Translations under genes and position numbers: made by a program
The notes under the pieces: generated by a model
Told to the model about the DNA's origin: nothing
What the model saw: only the letters and a program-made list of their open reading frames with translations
The model's database searches: none
Assembly (NCBI GenBank): GCA_001655205.1
Contig: LPNZ01007172.1
Coordinates: 1 to 49,486 of the forward strand
Direction of reading: 5' to 3'
Origin: Lenisia limosa
Taxonomy: Eukaryota > Protista > Breviatea
Length of the DNA stretch: 49,486 nucleotides
Part shown: piece after piece, positions 1 through 11,800 of the stretch
Layout: each line of letters starts with the position of its first letter
How positions within the stretch are numbered: position 1 is the stretch's first letter

Positions 1-343
1 TAGGGATGGGAAAACCTATCAGTATATTTTTGGACTGTTTAAAAGAGACTAGCTTTGACCCCTTTGTTGTGTGATTCTAAATCCAAGCGTATATAACCCA
101 CATTTTGTGTGAGCGGCAGTCAGCAAGAATGGCAAGGTACACTGACATTTGTTTATTCCATCATAGGAATAGGCCCACCAATCAGTCTATTTCCAACCGT
201 TTTGACTAGGCCGCCAAGTGGCTTGTTTACAGATGACTAGCTTAGACCCCCTAAGGTTGTTTGATACGGAATTCAACCGAAAAGTTAGAGGGAGTTGGCA
301 AGAATGGCATGTTACCATGTTTGGGATCGAAAAAAATTTATGA
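1..343 (+). other. Possible 3' end of an upstream plus-strand gene, or a degenerate repeat
   Basis: Intron-like gtacac...catag at 137-166 and an open frame ...MTSLDPLRLFDTEFNRKVRGSWQEWHVTMFGIEKNL* ending near 343. Confidence 0.25.
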
Positions 344-651
344 AATATGTCCACTTTCCAGTTAAATCCGCCGCGTTATGATCTAATGATCAAAATATCA
401 TATTTTCAGTTATTACTGGAATACCACTTTGGCACTTGATTTATAGAAAATGATGTACACAACTATCCCAGTTGATTATATGTTGCCACTCATAGTAGAA
501 ATATATTTGTCAATATAGAAACCTCTACTCCCCACCCATAGAAATCACGTTCACAAACAAATTCTATTTCGTATCAATAAATAGTTCCATATCTATCCTG
601 GTAGTAGTACGTCTAAACAATGAGAGGTTCGTTTAATTGCCTTTCACACAC

Positions 652-3600
652 CTAATACTGGCTCTGTTTTGGTTGAGTACTGAGACTGTTTCTAATTTGT
701 TGCATCTTCTGCATCTGGCGTTGTCTGATATCCTGGGTGATGGAGCCACCAAGGGGAGCCGGGGCTCTAACTTGTGAATGGACCTATATTGTCAACTGAT
801 CGGGAGAAATGAGGTCAAACATCATATAATTACTAATATGCTACCGGCCAAAAACCCCGCCATTAAATCATTTTCCCGCCATTAAATCATTTTTTGTGCT
901 TTTTAACACTTTTTACACCGATTGTTTGTTCGTTTGCCATTTTAGTGTCATATTGNNNNNNNNNNNNNNNNNNNNNNNNNNNNNNNNNNNNNNNNNNNNN
1001 NNNNNNNNNNNNNNNNNNNNNNNNNNNNNNNNNNNNNNNNNNNNNNNNNNNNNNNNNNNNNNNNNNNNNNNNNNNNNNNNNNNNNNNNNNNNNNNNNNNN
1101 NNNNNNNNNNNNNNNNNNNNNNNNNNNNNNNNNNNNNNNNNNNNNNNNNNNNNNNNNNNNNNNNNNNNNNNNNNNNNNNNNNNNNNNNNNNGATATATAG
1201 TTTTAAAGTGTGAAAGCTAAAAATTTTCAAGAAATATAAACTAATCCACGTACATTCGAAGCACTTGGATTCTGAATAGTCCGGGTGACAGGCGCCTCAT
1301 AACGCGTCTGACGGCCACGTGTGCCTTGGTATGGCATCGGAGGGGGAAGGTGTGTCGGGAGGGGAAGACTGGGTGACTGATTCGAAGTCGCTTGTTGCTG
1401 GGTTATTTGATAGGGCTGTTGCTGCACACCCTGACCAAGGTTAGATATCGGCAAAATATGAGAGAAACAACCATTTGATTATGGAACGGAGGGTTCATCG
1501 AATTCGGAACGCCCATGTTGAGGTGGTGCTGCTGCTTCTGGACTTGCTGCTCTTGTAGTTGCTGAACTCTTTGCTGTTGTTGTTGCTGCAGGTTTTGGGA
1601 CTGGGGTGTTATTGTTCATATGATGAAGACAAAGGAGGGGGAGAAGAGAATTCACTTACCATTTGCGAAGCAGTGTTCATCATTGGGCTATTGTAGAGTT
1701 GTTGTTGCGGGCTTGTTGAGCTGAATTGCTGCTGATTCTGGAGAAGGGTAACACGACACTAACACATCTCCCCAATTGGCAACTCAAAGCTATTCATTAA
1801 TTATTAGCAATGTGACAACCTTAGCTCACCATTTGCTGGTTCATTATAGGGTTCATGTAGAGTTGCTGTTGATGCCTTCCGGCGCCCGAGTACTGCGGAT
1901 TGTAACGAGGTTATCGAGGGGGGGGGTGAGAAAGATATTATGGTATCCCTCCCCCTTCCCTACCATCTGATTCATGAGAGCAGGGTTCATCATCATAGGA
2001 TTCATGTTGAGCTGTTGCTGGCCTCCAGAACCTGGGTACTGTTGGGGCTGATTGGGGGACTGTAGGTGCCTGTAGGGGGCTGGAACATTTCCATAATGGG
2101 CGTTTTGGCGGTGTGGACGATGATGACCTCCCAACTGTGAATTTGTCAAATATGATATCATGTGAACTCTAATGTATCTATTTTAAATCAATTGCGCTGT
2201 TTGGGTATAAGCTGTAGCTTTCGTATCAACCCCCAACCCCATTGATTCTACGACTGACATGCGACTCAGTTGGCAGCTCAGTGATAACAGGCTGACGGGT
2301 GTACGCTCCTTGTAAGCGAATACATGGGTAGATGTAACCCTCCGGCATAACTGGGTTTGCAAAGGACATGACAATACACTATGTTCGGTCAATAAGATAA
2401 TGTTGCAAAAAGGGTGAAAAACTTTTCTCACCTTTTCATTCACAGAAACCTTGTGGGAAAGTGGCCGTGTGAACTCCTCTGAGATGTTTGGCATTGGAGC
2501 CCCTCCTTGTGCTTCAGTCAGTTTCTCGTGCACAATGCCAGCATGTCCTGGGAGAGGGGGGGGGGTGAGCAACAACCAATTCATAGTCAATCCTTGATTT
2601 CAAATTGTGAAATGTTTACTAAGTTGCAAAAGGAGACGGTCAAGCAATACAAAAAAAAAATACGTGGGCTGTTCCTGTCACTAAAATACCACAGTACAAC
2701 GCTGCCGAGAAGACCTACCAGCAATTTGGTACTCGGGAATTTCGAGAGGGTAATCCATGTTCTTTTTGGCAACTTCCTCCTAAACCAGTAAACCCACAAA
2801 TGGTACTATATGTATGGGAAACTCAATCAATACCTTGATTTTGAGGCTGCTAAGTCTGGTTTTGAGCTTCGTTTCAAACTTCTTGCCAAGGTCGTTAATG
2901 TAGGCAGGGCACATAAACAAAAGGGCTTCACCAATCTGAGGATGTCAAAAGTGATCAACGTAGGATAGGGAAAGGTAAACGGCCTACTCTGTTTCGTCTC
3001 TTTTCCACCACTGTTAACTGGTCCTCAAGTGGGTCACAGGTGGCTCGGAGACGATCCATATCAATAAACGGCAGCAGTACAACTGCCTGCCATTCAAACT
3101 GAAAGGTAAGTAATGTATACTCTCTAAAATACACATTCTTGCCCCTCCCACTCTTTTCCCGTTGAGATCCAGCTCGAAGTCTTTGGGGTAGAAGTCAATA
3201 ATTGGGGAACTGGCGTCCTCCATANNNNNNNNNNNNNNNNNNNNNNNNNNNNNNNNNNNNNNNNNNNNNNNNNNNNNNNNNNNNNNNNNNNNNNNNNNNN
3301 NNNNNNNNNNNNNNNNNNCTTACGCAGGTAGGAAGGGCCTTCTTTGAATGGGACGGAAGCACAGACATGAGTTGCTTAACTGGTCAAAAAGGAATACAAA
3401 TGCAGTAACCGGTATCAGAGAACATGTTCATGATTATGTCAGTAAATCAAAGCAACCCATCAGGACTGTTCTGTAAACAATGGTATCTACGAATGCCAAC
3501 TTGGAAAGGCTTGATTGGTTCGTCTTTTGGGAAGACGATTTGGCCGCCACTGAGCTCCTCAAGCTGTGTCAGATCCGAGGCAAACGGGGCATAGTGGTAG

Positions 3601-6600
3601 GGGTAAAACCATGTCCAAGAGCAACAGCTGGATAGGAGTTAGTTGAAAAGAAAGTCAAAAATGGTATGGAACATAATATAATAATACAATAACGTGAAAA
3701 GCTCACCCCTGATAATAGTAATTCAACACCCATTGGAGTCCCTCAATGTAGCTTCGTACAACAGTGCGATATTCTTCTGGTTTCTCAAGCTGAACATTGT
3801 GAAGGAATTCGTTCACTTAAAGCAGCTTACCCCAAGTTTGCACTGATAGTAGCGCTTCTTGAAACCCGGACGACCAAGAGCAATATATCTAAAAGATTTA
3901 GAGACAACAATTACAAGATGTCAAAGAAGAACAACGCCAACTTATAGGAGTTGGAAGCCTTTGGCGGTTTTTCATTTTGGTCGAACCTGGATAAATAAGT
4001 CATACGAGAGAAAGCACTTTGAACTGAAAACAGTCTTTTACGAATAAAAACACATCGAGTAAGTTGGAACATCCCTGTTGTTTCCAAATAAAGTTTGAAT
4101 TCTCAATAATCTGCATAAATATCAACATTTTACTCTCTTTTGGAGCTAAAAGTGTAGCTTTACAAAAAAAAACTTGCCTTACCTAGATTCACGTTCCTCC
4201 TTCTCTGAAAAGCGCTGACGCTTGAGGGTGGCATAATTGGCCCTATCTTGGGAGTAGTAGTTATTACTATCTTGTGACGTATGATGATTCGGCTGGCTAC
4301 GAGGGGGCTGGATTGATTAACCAGAAATTAATAAGTAAGGCATTTGCAATGTAACTAATAGAAGTATACCTGCTTTTTTTCATCTTCATAGACTGGTTGC
4401 CTTCGGCGCCTTGGTTGGGGCTCTTCTTTCTTTACCCCAACATCTTTCTTCATAGCCTCTTCCTTTTCTGTCTCCACGCCATCCTTCTTGTCTTGCTCCT
4501 TCTTCTCCACTATAGCTTCTACCTTCTTTTCCTCTATCTTTTCTTCCACAATCTCTTCTTCCTTCTCTTCTTCTTTGCTTTCCTCTACGATCACTTCTTT
4601 CTGATCTTCCTCTTTGCTTTCTTCTACAATCACTTCTTCTACAATCACTTCTTCCTTCTTATTTTCTTCTTCCTTTTCTTCCTCCTTCTCTTCTTCCTTC
4701 TTCTCTTCGTCTTTCTTTTCTTCGTCTTTCGTTTGTTCCTTCTTCTCTTCCTCTCTGCTTTCTTCTTTCTTTTCTTCAACCTTTTCTTCAACAATCACTT
4801 CTTCCTTCTTCTCTTCTTCAACAATCACTTCGTCCACGTTCTCTTCCTCGTTGCTCCCCTCTTTCTTTTCTTCATCCTTTTCTTCAACAATCACTACTTC
4901 ACTCTTCTCTTCCTCTTTCTTCTCTTCCACTGTTGCCTCTTCCATCAAATTATCCTCTTTTGGTTTTCCATCCATCTCCTCATCTTCCATTTCCTTTGGC
5001 ATTTTTCTTTGCCTCTTACCAGGGGATTCCGCAAGGTCACAGCTATCTACCATCATATCTTCACTAATCGTCTCTTCTTTTGCCTGCTCAGCTGTGTCAC
5101 TCTTCTTGACATCTTCTTTTTCTTCTTCCATCTCTTCTTCCATCTCTTCTTTCATTTCTTCCTTCATGTCTTCTTTTATTTCTTCCTTCATCCCCCCTTC
5201 CTTCGTCTCATTTTGCATATATTTCTCATCTTTCTTCTTTTCTTCCTTCGGTTCTACCAGTTTTACGTCTTCTTTTCCTTCGGACTTTTCGTCCCCCTTT
5301 TTCTCTGCGCCCATCCGCCTCTCCACTACTTCTCTCATCATCTGCAATTGGAACTCAACTTCATCCTCAATGTCTTTTCTCTCCTCTTTTGCCTCTGCTG
5401 CCCGTTTTCTTCTGGCTTCACTTATCTTTCTCTGTCGCTCAAACTCTCTTTCTTTTGCTTCGGCCTGTTTTCTTTGTGCGTCCTAAAACTGTTAAAGAGA
5501 AACTCTTGAAAAAAAATGGTCTAAAGACCACGCACCTCGCCCAGCATGCGCTCTTCCTTGTTTCTTTTTTGGTCTAACACGCGAGTTTCAACACGGGAGA
5601 TCTACGATTGTGAAGAAACCAAACTACTCCGGCTTATAAAGAAGCCCCCCCCCCCCCNNNNNNNNNNNNNNNNNNNNNNNNNNNNNNNNNNNNNNNNNNN
5701 NNNNNNNNNNNNNNNNNNNNNNNNNNNNNNNNNNNNNNNNNNNNNNNNNNNATCTGGCCGTTGTGGGTAAGGTAGTCGGTCATTCTCGGCAGGTGTTCTT
5801 TGTAGAACTTCAGAAGCATATCAATGGCACCCTGCAGGATATTAAAACTATTCATTGATTGGGGTATTGTTTCCAAACAGCACATTATAAAAATGACCCC
5901 CTCTGTTTCCCACTTCGCGAATGTCCAAACTTGGAAGATGTGGAAGAAAATCGTTTCCAACAAAGAAGCAAAGGAAAACCTAGACTGGTAAGATAATGTT
6001 CCGGTATACAATAGTTGTTGAGAGTGAGAGGGGGGGGGGGTCATGATATCCATTCCTCACCATATCGTCAATAATTCTCTCAAGGTCATAGGCGAAGGGG
6101 AGCGTCTAAACACGTAAATGACCAAAAACGAATGAAAACCATAAATCTCAACAATTGTCAATACGAAATGGGAAAAAAGAAACTTACAATTCCGTTACTC
6201 ATGAATGCGGCCTTGAATTCATTGTCTAGATACTCACGAAGGGAGATCAATGAAAGGAGTTGAAATGGCTAGGAAAGTGAAAAACTTCAACGAAATGATG
6301 GTTGAGTTCACCCGAACCTTTGTGAGAAGAGTCCCGGAACAGTCAACACCGGATTTGATAGCTTCTTTTTCTAAATATGTCACAGAGGAGGTGTAATTTG
6401 ATACTCGTCAAGACCATCCTCGTTCCGCACCTCCGAAGCTGGCGGTATGCACAGGTTTCTTAAAAATGACCTCTTCCCTCAAGATTGTGAAATCGGCTTC
6501 ATGTGTAGCAAGTCCCAGCATAATCAAATCGGCATCCTGGTTCCATTAAAAGTGGACATCGGCAAANNNNNNNNNNNNNNNNNNNNNNNNNNNNNNNNNN

Positions 6601-8534
6601 NNNNNNNNNNNNNNNNNNNNNNNNNNNNNNNNNNNNNNNNNNNNNNNNNNNNNNNNNNNNAAACACTTCCTAGAATACACGTGGTTTTACAGGAAGAAAG
6701 AACATCACCACTCAAGCAAAGCAATCTGCCTGCACCATCATATCCCATTCCAGGGGGTGTCGGTCTCCATAGCATACCAGTCCGTAGAGAACATGGGAAG
6801 TGTTTGGGTCGTAACCAGGCATCACGCGTTGGCCTCTGATGTACTCCATAATCTATAATATTAGCCCCCACACATACAACTAAAGAAAAAGTTTCTAGCT
6901 TAGAACACCCCAACCTTATGCTCTCCTTCACCAGGAACATTGGCGTCAGACAATACAATTTTAAGCTGAAAAGTAATGGTCCTTTTGGGTTCCCTTTCAA
7001 AAGAATGAGTAACCTGTTACAGGAAAATAGGTCGAGGAGATAAGAAGAATAACCCCCCCCCCCCNNNNNNNNNNNNNNNNNNNNNNNNNNNNNNNNNNNN
7101 NNNNNNNNNNNNNNNNNNNNNNNNNNNNNNNNNNNNNNNNNNNNNNNNNNNNNNNNNNNNNNNNNNNNNNNNNNNNNNTGAAGCGCCGTAAAGTCTAGAT
7201 GATTTGTAATGGTGATGAAAGCTCAATTGATAGATTGAATAAAAGACTGCTGATGGGCCTCAATTACTGTACCCCTAGATTTAATTTCATGTGTTATCTT
7301 GTTCCAAAAAGTATCTTCTTACTTTGGCAAGGTTGTCCATGAATGGGGTACCCGGTGTAATTACATTCGAGTCGAAGTGTTCCTGAGAAATGAGGGGAGG
7401 GGGTCGGATATCACACACTATGACAATATATTCTTTTCCTATGGCATATTCACAACCCTATCAAACCTTGTCTCCTTGCTCCTGTCTCCATTTCAAATAA
7501 TCTCGTTGCTCCTGAAGTAATCAGCTAAAGAATTNNNNNNNNNNNNNNNNNNNNNNNNNNNNNNNNNNNNNNNNNNNNNNNNNNNNNNNNNNNNNNNNNN
7601 NNNNNNNNNNNNNNNNNNNNNNNNNNNNNNNNNNNNNCTTTGGTGGCTTTCTCTTCCATTTCCTGCGCAGCCCTGATGGTCAAAATGTATAACGAGATTG
7701 ATACATGTTGAAAACAAACCTGAAGCGCCTTGATCTCTGCTGGTTAATCTTGGCACGAGGAGCAATACCATCTGCACAATTAGACAATGAGCCTGAAAGA
7801 AAAGAAAAACAAAGAGGGGGGGAAAAAAATCGGCTTTGGTGATTGCATATCGTGCATATATTGCACCGAATCCCTACCGATAGCCATATAGATGACCTTT
7901 CTTGGTCGAACCATGTATGTCATTCTCTCGATGTAATCGAGAATCTAAAATGTTACAATGAAATAAAAAAATATATAAAACATGAAAATAATCACTGAAG
8001 AGAACTGAATGAAATCATCTCCATTACCTTTTTGAATTTCTCTTCATCAGTGGGAGGAGCAGGTTCGCCTTCTGGATGTGTGCAAGGATGGATGATACCG
8101 TTCATATCTGAGGAAAGAAGTTAGAACGCATGATACCTACCTACCATTAGTATCTGTAATGCTATTGCTTAGCGACCCCCAGGCGACCCTCCTCCCATCC
8201 AATACATATCAAATTATCATTATAAAACCAGAAATATCACTCCAGCTCACCAAGATAGAGGTTATCAAACTCACGTCCATTTGGATTGCGTTCGTTAATG
8301 AAAACCTAAAAAAATGTGAGCAAGAAAAAGTGATCATGGAACCATTTCACTCCTGCTCTAAAATAACACATCTAGATCAATCTTACGTGTTGCCGCTCGT
8401 TGAAGCCATTGAAGAGAGGGGGGTTCTCCTTTGCATACTCAACAACCTTTGGGTACTTCTGAGAAATGGGTTATTTGGATAAACTGCAATGTCCTTACTC
8501 TCGAAAGCCATCTGTAAAACGACGGAACACCCAT
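652..8534 (-). CDS. XRN2: 5'-3' exoribonuclease 2 (Xrn2/Rat1), multi-exon; some exons fall in N-gaps
   Basis: Spliced translation gives [180 protein letters not shown] introns throughout. The last exon (783-652) is inferred through a donor at 1253; if that donor is not used, the ORF ends at 1227. Confidence 0.95.
856..893. repeat. Tandem duplication, 2 x 19 bp
   Basis: cccgccattaaatcatttt twice in a row, just before an N-gap. Confidence 0.85.
4366..5482 (-). repeat. Low-complexity E/K-rich coding exon within XRN2
   Basis: About 1.1-kb purine-rich exon encoding about 370 aa, with six VIVEE motifs. Confidence 0.85.
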
Positions 8535-8896
8535 AGCGAAAGTCAGTGAAGACCTTTCTTACAGGTCGCTTTTTCTAACTTCCACTCTTGGTATATACGT
8601 TCTTTCTGTTGCTTCAAACTCCACACCGATCCAAAAAAAATTCTTACTTTTGAATCGATATTTTTGTGGTTTCAGGGGAGGTTTTTTCGGCCAAAAGATT
8701 CTCGGGACCGGGTTTCACGACAGCGCGTCGGGGGCCAAAGAATTTTGGCATCATGGGGGGTATATATCTTGAACCTTTGCCCCCATTGTGATGCAAATGA
8801 TGTGATTGTGATTATGGAAACTCGTTCAGGTAGTTTATTAGTAAATTATCACTATATTATTGAACAGTAACGCGCAATAGATACTGCTAGAGCTGA
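8535..8896. promoter_or_regulatory. Putative bidirectional promoter, XRN2 / XRN-like
   Basis: 362 bp between divergent ATGs; inferred from geometry only. Confidence 0.55.
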
Positions 8897-11800
8897 ATGG
8901 GCCTTTCTAAATTTACTGACTACGTAAGTTCCCCCCTTGCCTCACACCTTCATTAGATTGGTAGTTTTTATAAAGGTCGTCAACGGGTGCAAAATGTGAA
9001 GTAAGATGGTTCATTTCTCCTTTCTTCGCCTGCATTTTTTAACACCTAAGGGAGCAATGTACTTACCTCTTTATCGATGCCAACTGCCTCCTACATTCCA
9101 TTGTGAGAACATCAAAAAACAGGGAAGCCTTCCTTTGCCGCTTTTCTAAGGCTTGTGGGATGATTTCATATTCCAATTACCAACCCTTGTACATGCACTT
9201 TGTTCTTCTTTGTTCTACTTCAGTTCTTTACTCAATCAGGACCTGGAGCGGCATATTCGATCACACAGTCCCACCCAAGGATTGTTCGTTTGCTTTGATG
9301 GAATTTGTTGGGGAGGGGGCTGTTGATAGTTTTGTATGTCAGAAACATAATATACATATCATATTCTCACACCTTAGCTTCTGAAGCAAAGCTTCGTTCT
9401 GAAGTGCTTTCAAGACGAAATGTAGGGTACTACTTTTTTATTCGTATTTTATATAAATCATATTTCATAAGATAAAATTATATCCTTTGTAATTTAATAT
9501 AATATCTTTTACAAATGAGAAGGAACGTTCAAATACTTCATACTTTTATATTAGTAATGTGGAAAATTATATATATTATATGATGTACTACTGCATTGTC
9601 ATTTTTAACACTATTCACTGTTTTAGTATCACCCGAAAGACATTGTTAATTCCGTCTCAAAATTCGAGGTGAGAATTACCCAATTTCTCTTAACACCCAA
9701 TTCAAATTCCTGATTTTTCAGCTGACGTTTGGCATGAACTTCATGAATGAGGTGGAACAAGCTGCAGCAGCTCTTTGTTACCGACTGGCTTCTCATGTAG
9801 GATTTAGTCGAAAGCAAAATGTGAAATGCAAAACCTTGTATTATTTTGACCATTTTAGTTGCATGTACAATGTTCGATTAGTGGTATGCAGGATTTTTTA
9901 TTTTTGTGTCTGATTTGAAACAATACATGTATAAGTAAAATAATCTTAGCCTGTTAAACTGGTAGTCTCCTTTATTTTAGCAGATAGTTTTTTACACATA
10001 GGTGTGCGTATTCCTGGAGAAGGGGAGCATAAAATCATCCAGTGGCTGAGAAAAGTCCCAGAAACAGGAACCGCTGCTATTATATCACCAGATAGTGACA
10101 TGCTTGCTCTTTGTGGGGGGGGGGGCGGTGTGATCCAAATTATTTCCCTAAGTGTGTCTTCTTTTTGTTTTAGTTGATATTTACTGGTGTAGTGGTTGCG
10201 CAATCACGCAATCAACTATTTCTCTTCCAAGCAACAAACGATAACCGAAAAGGTAGGTTGTATTTTTCACCTTCAAAAGGCTTGGGTTCTCCTTGAGTAT
10301 TGAAATATATTTTGTTAATTTTGTGTAGGTACCTTCTTTCGATACGATATTGATGAACTTCGCTCTGTTGCTAATACGAGGCTGAGAAAGGTGGGAATTA
10401 TTCAGCCTGTTGTTAGTTTATCTTTTTGATGACCTCTCATTCTTACTCTCATGTTATAATGGATAATTAGGCGATTCCATCTTCAGTTCAACAGACAGAC
10501 ATGCAAACCGCGTTAGACTTTGCTGTTCTGGCCTTCCTAACAGGGAGCGATTACTTGCCTTTGGTTGGATACCAATTACATGCTTACTCATAGAACCACA
10601 TTCTTCAACTCCTTTAGTTTTCCCCTCCATTTGAAAAATAATGTAACCTCTTTAGGTTGCCCGAATGGACAGCCTCATTTCTGCCTACGGCTTTGCTCTC
10701 AGGAAAACGTAAGTTTAAGATTATTCCATCGAGATTTCCTGGTCTTGCTAATACTTTAGAGGGAAAACAACTCTGGCATACACCGACCTCAGTGGGTGAC
10801 GATCAATGTATTTTGTTTCCTCTCCTTTTCTGTGGCATTTATTTGATTCTAGCCAAGATCCAAATCAACCTCAATATTGATGTTCTTGTTGCACTCTTTG
10901 AAAACCTCAAAATCACAAGGTTTGCACATGAGATTATTATTTTCCCTTTGGTGTAGAATATCTAATTTGGTACTAATATCTGACTATTTCAGGAAAGTAA
11001 AGCCAAATCGATTTTTGACCAGAGCTTCAGAAATATTCTCTCGTTTCTCAATGCTGTTGGCCCACAACGGATGTAAAGTCACCCCGTTCAAAGAAAAAGA
11101 TGTATGTGGATCACCCAAGGTTTGAAAAATTTCTCTCCTTTACAAAGTCATCAGGAAATTTTTTTTTTTTTTTTCTAAATTTGCTTGTATAACTCAAATA
11201 CGGTGTGTCCTATGTTACATTTTAGGTCTGGCAATCCTTGATGATTGACGTGTCACGTGCGATAAACAATATTAAAAACCCAAATGCTGTTGGCTGGGAA
11301 GTTGTTATGATAATCATTTAATTCGCTTCCAATTTGATTCCTGTTCCTCTCAATTTACTTCTCCAGGAAATTCTTAAGAAACATGGAGCTACCCTCAACA
11401 AAACTGGGAAGAAAACAAGAGTATGTTCCATTTATTTGCCGTTTGTCACATTAGTTTGAGTTACTTTATCAATTTACTGTCAGATTGAAGTTTATGCCTA
11501 CAAAGGGAGCACAGTGTCCTCTCGAGTTGAAACTGTTAAAAGGTATCCATAAATTTAATTCAAAAATATACCATATTTTTTTTGGAACCAGGAGAAATAT
11601 GTCTTGAATGACAAGTTCTTCTGATTATTTTGAAAAGTGTATAAAATAATGATGTAGTGCATTGCAGCTCTGTGGTGACCTTGGTATGAAGTATCGCCTT
11701 CCCAAATGGGGTAGTTTTTCTCTCCCAGATGACAGAACAGACCCTACTGTTTCTGAAGAAATAGTGGGAGTTGTTCCATATTTCATATACACATACCATG

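Noticed and set aside
894-1230. ORFs that span N-runs (here and at the other gaps)
   Set aside because: They appear open only because N codons cannot be stops.
4397-5509. 370-aa and 290-aa plus-strand ORFs (F/L-rich and S/F-rich)
   Set aside because: Antisense shadows of the purine-rich E/K exon of XRN2; stop-free only because of low complexity.
7212-7253. GTGATGA...CTGA resembling a C/D snoRNA
   Set aside because: Too short, antisense to the host intron, and no terminal stem or evident guide.
8628-8642. GATC-N-A-tract-TT motif shared with the RIO1 promoter (47427-47439), RRPE-like
   Set aside because: Low information content, absent from the CCDC137-like promoter, and also present at 325-339 in a non-promoter context.
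9480-9488. ATATCCTTT, matching the U12-type 5' splice consensus
   Set aside because: It lies inside an AT-rich GT-AG intron whose flanking exons join in frame without it.
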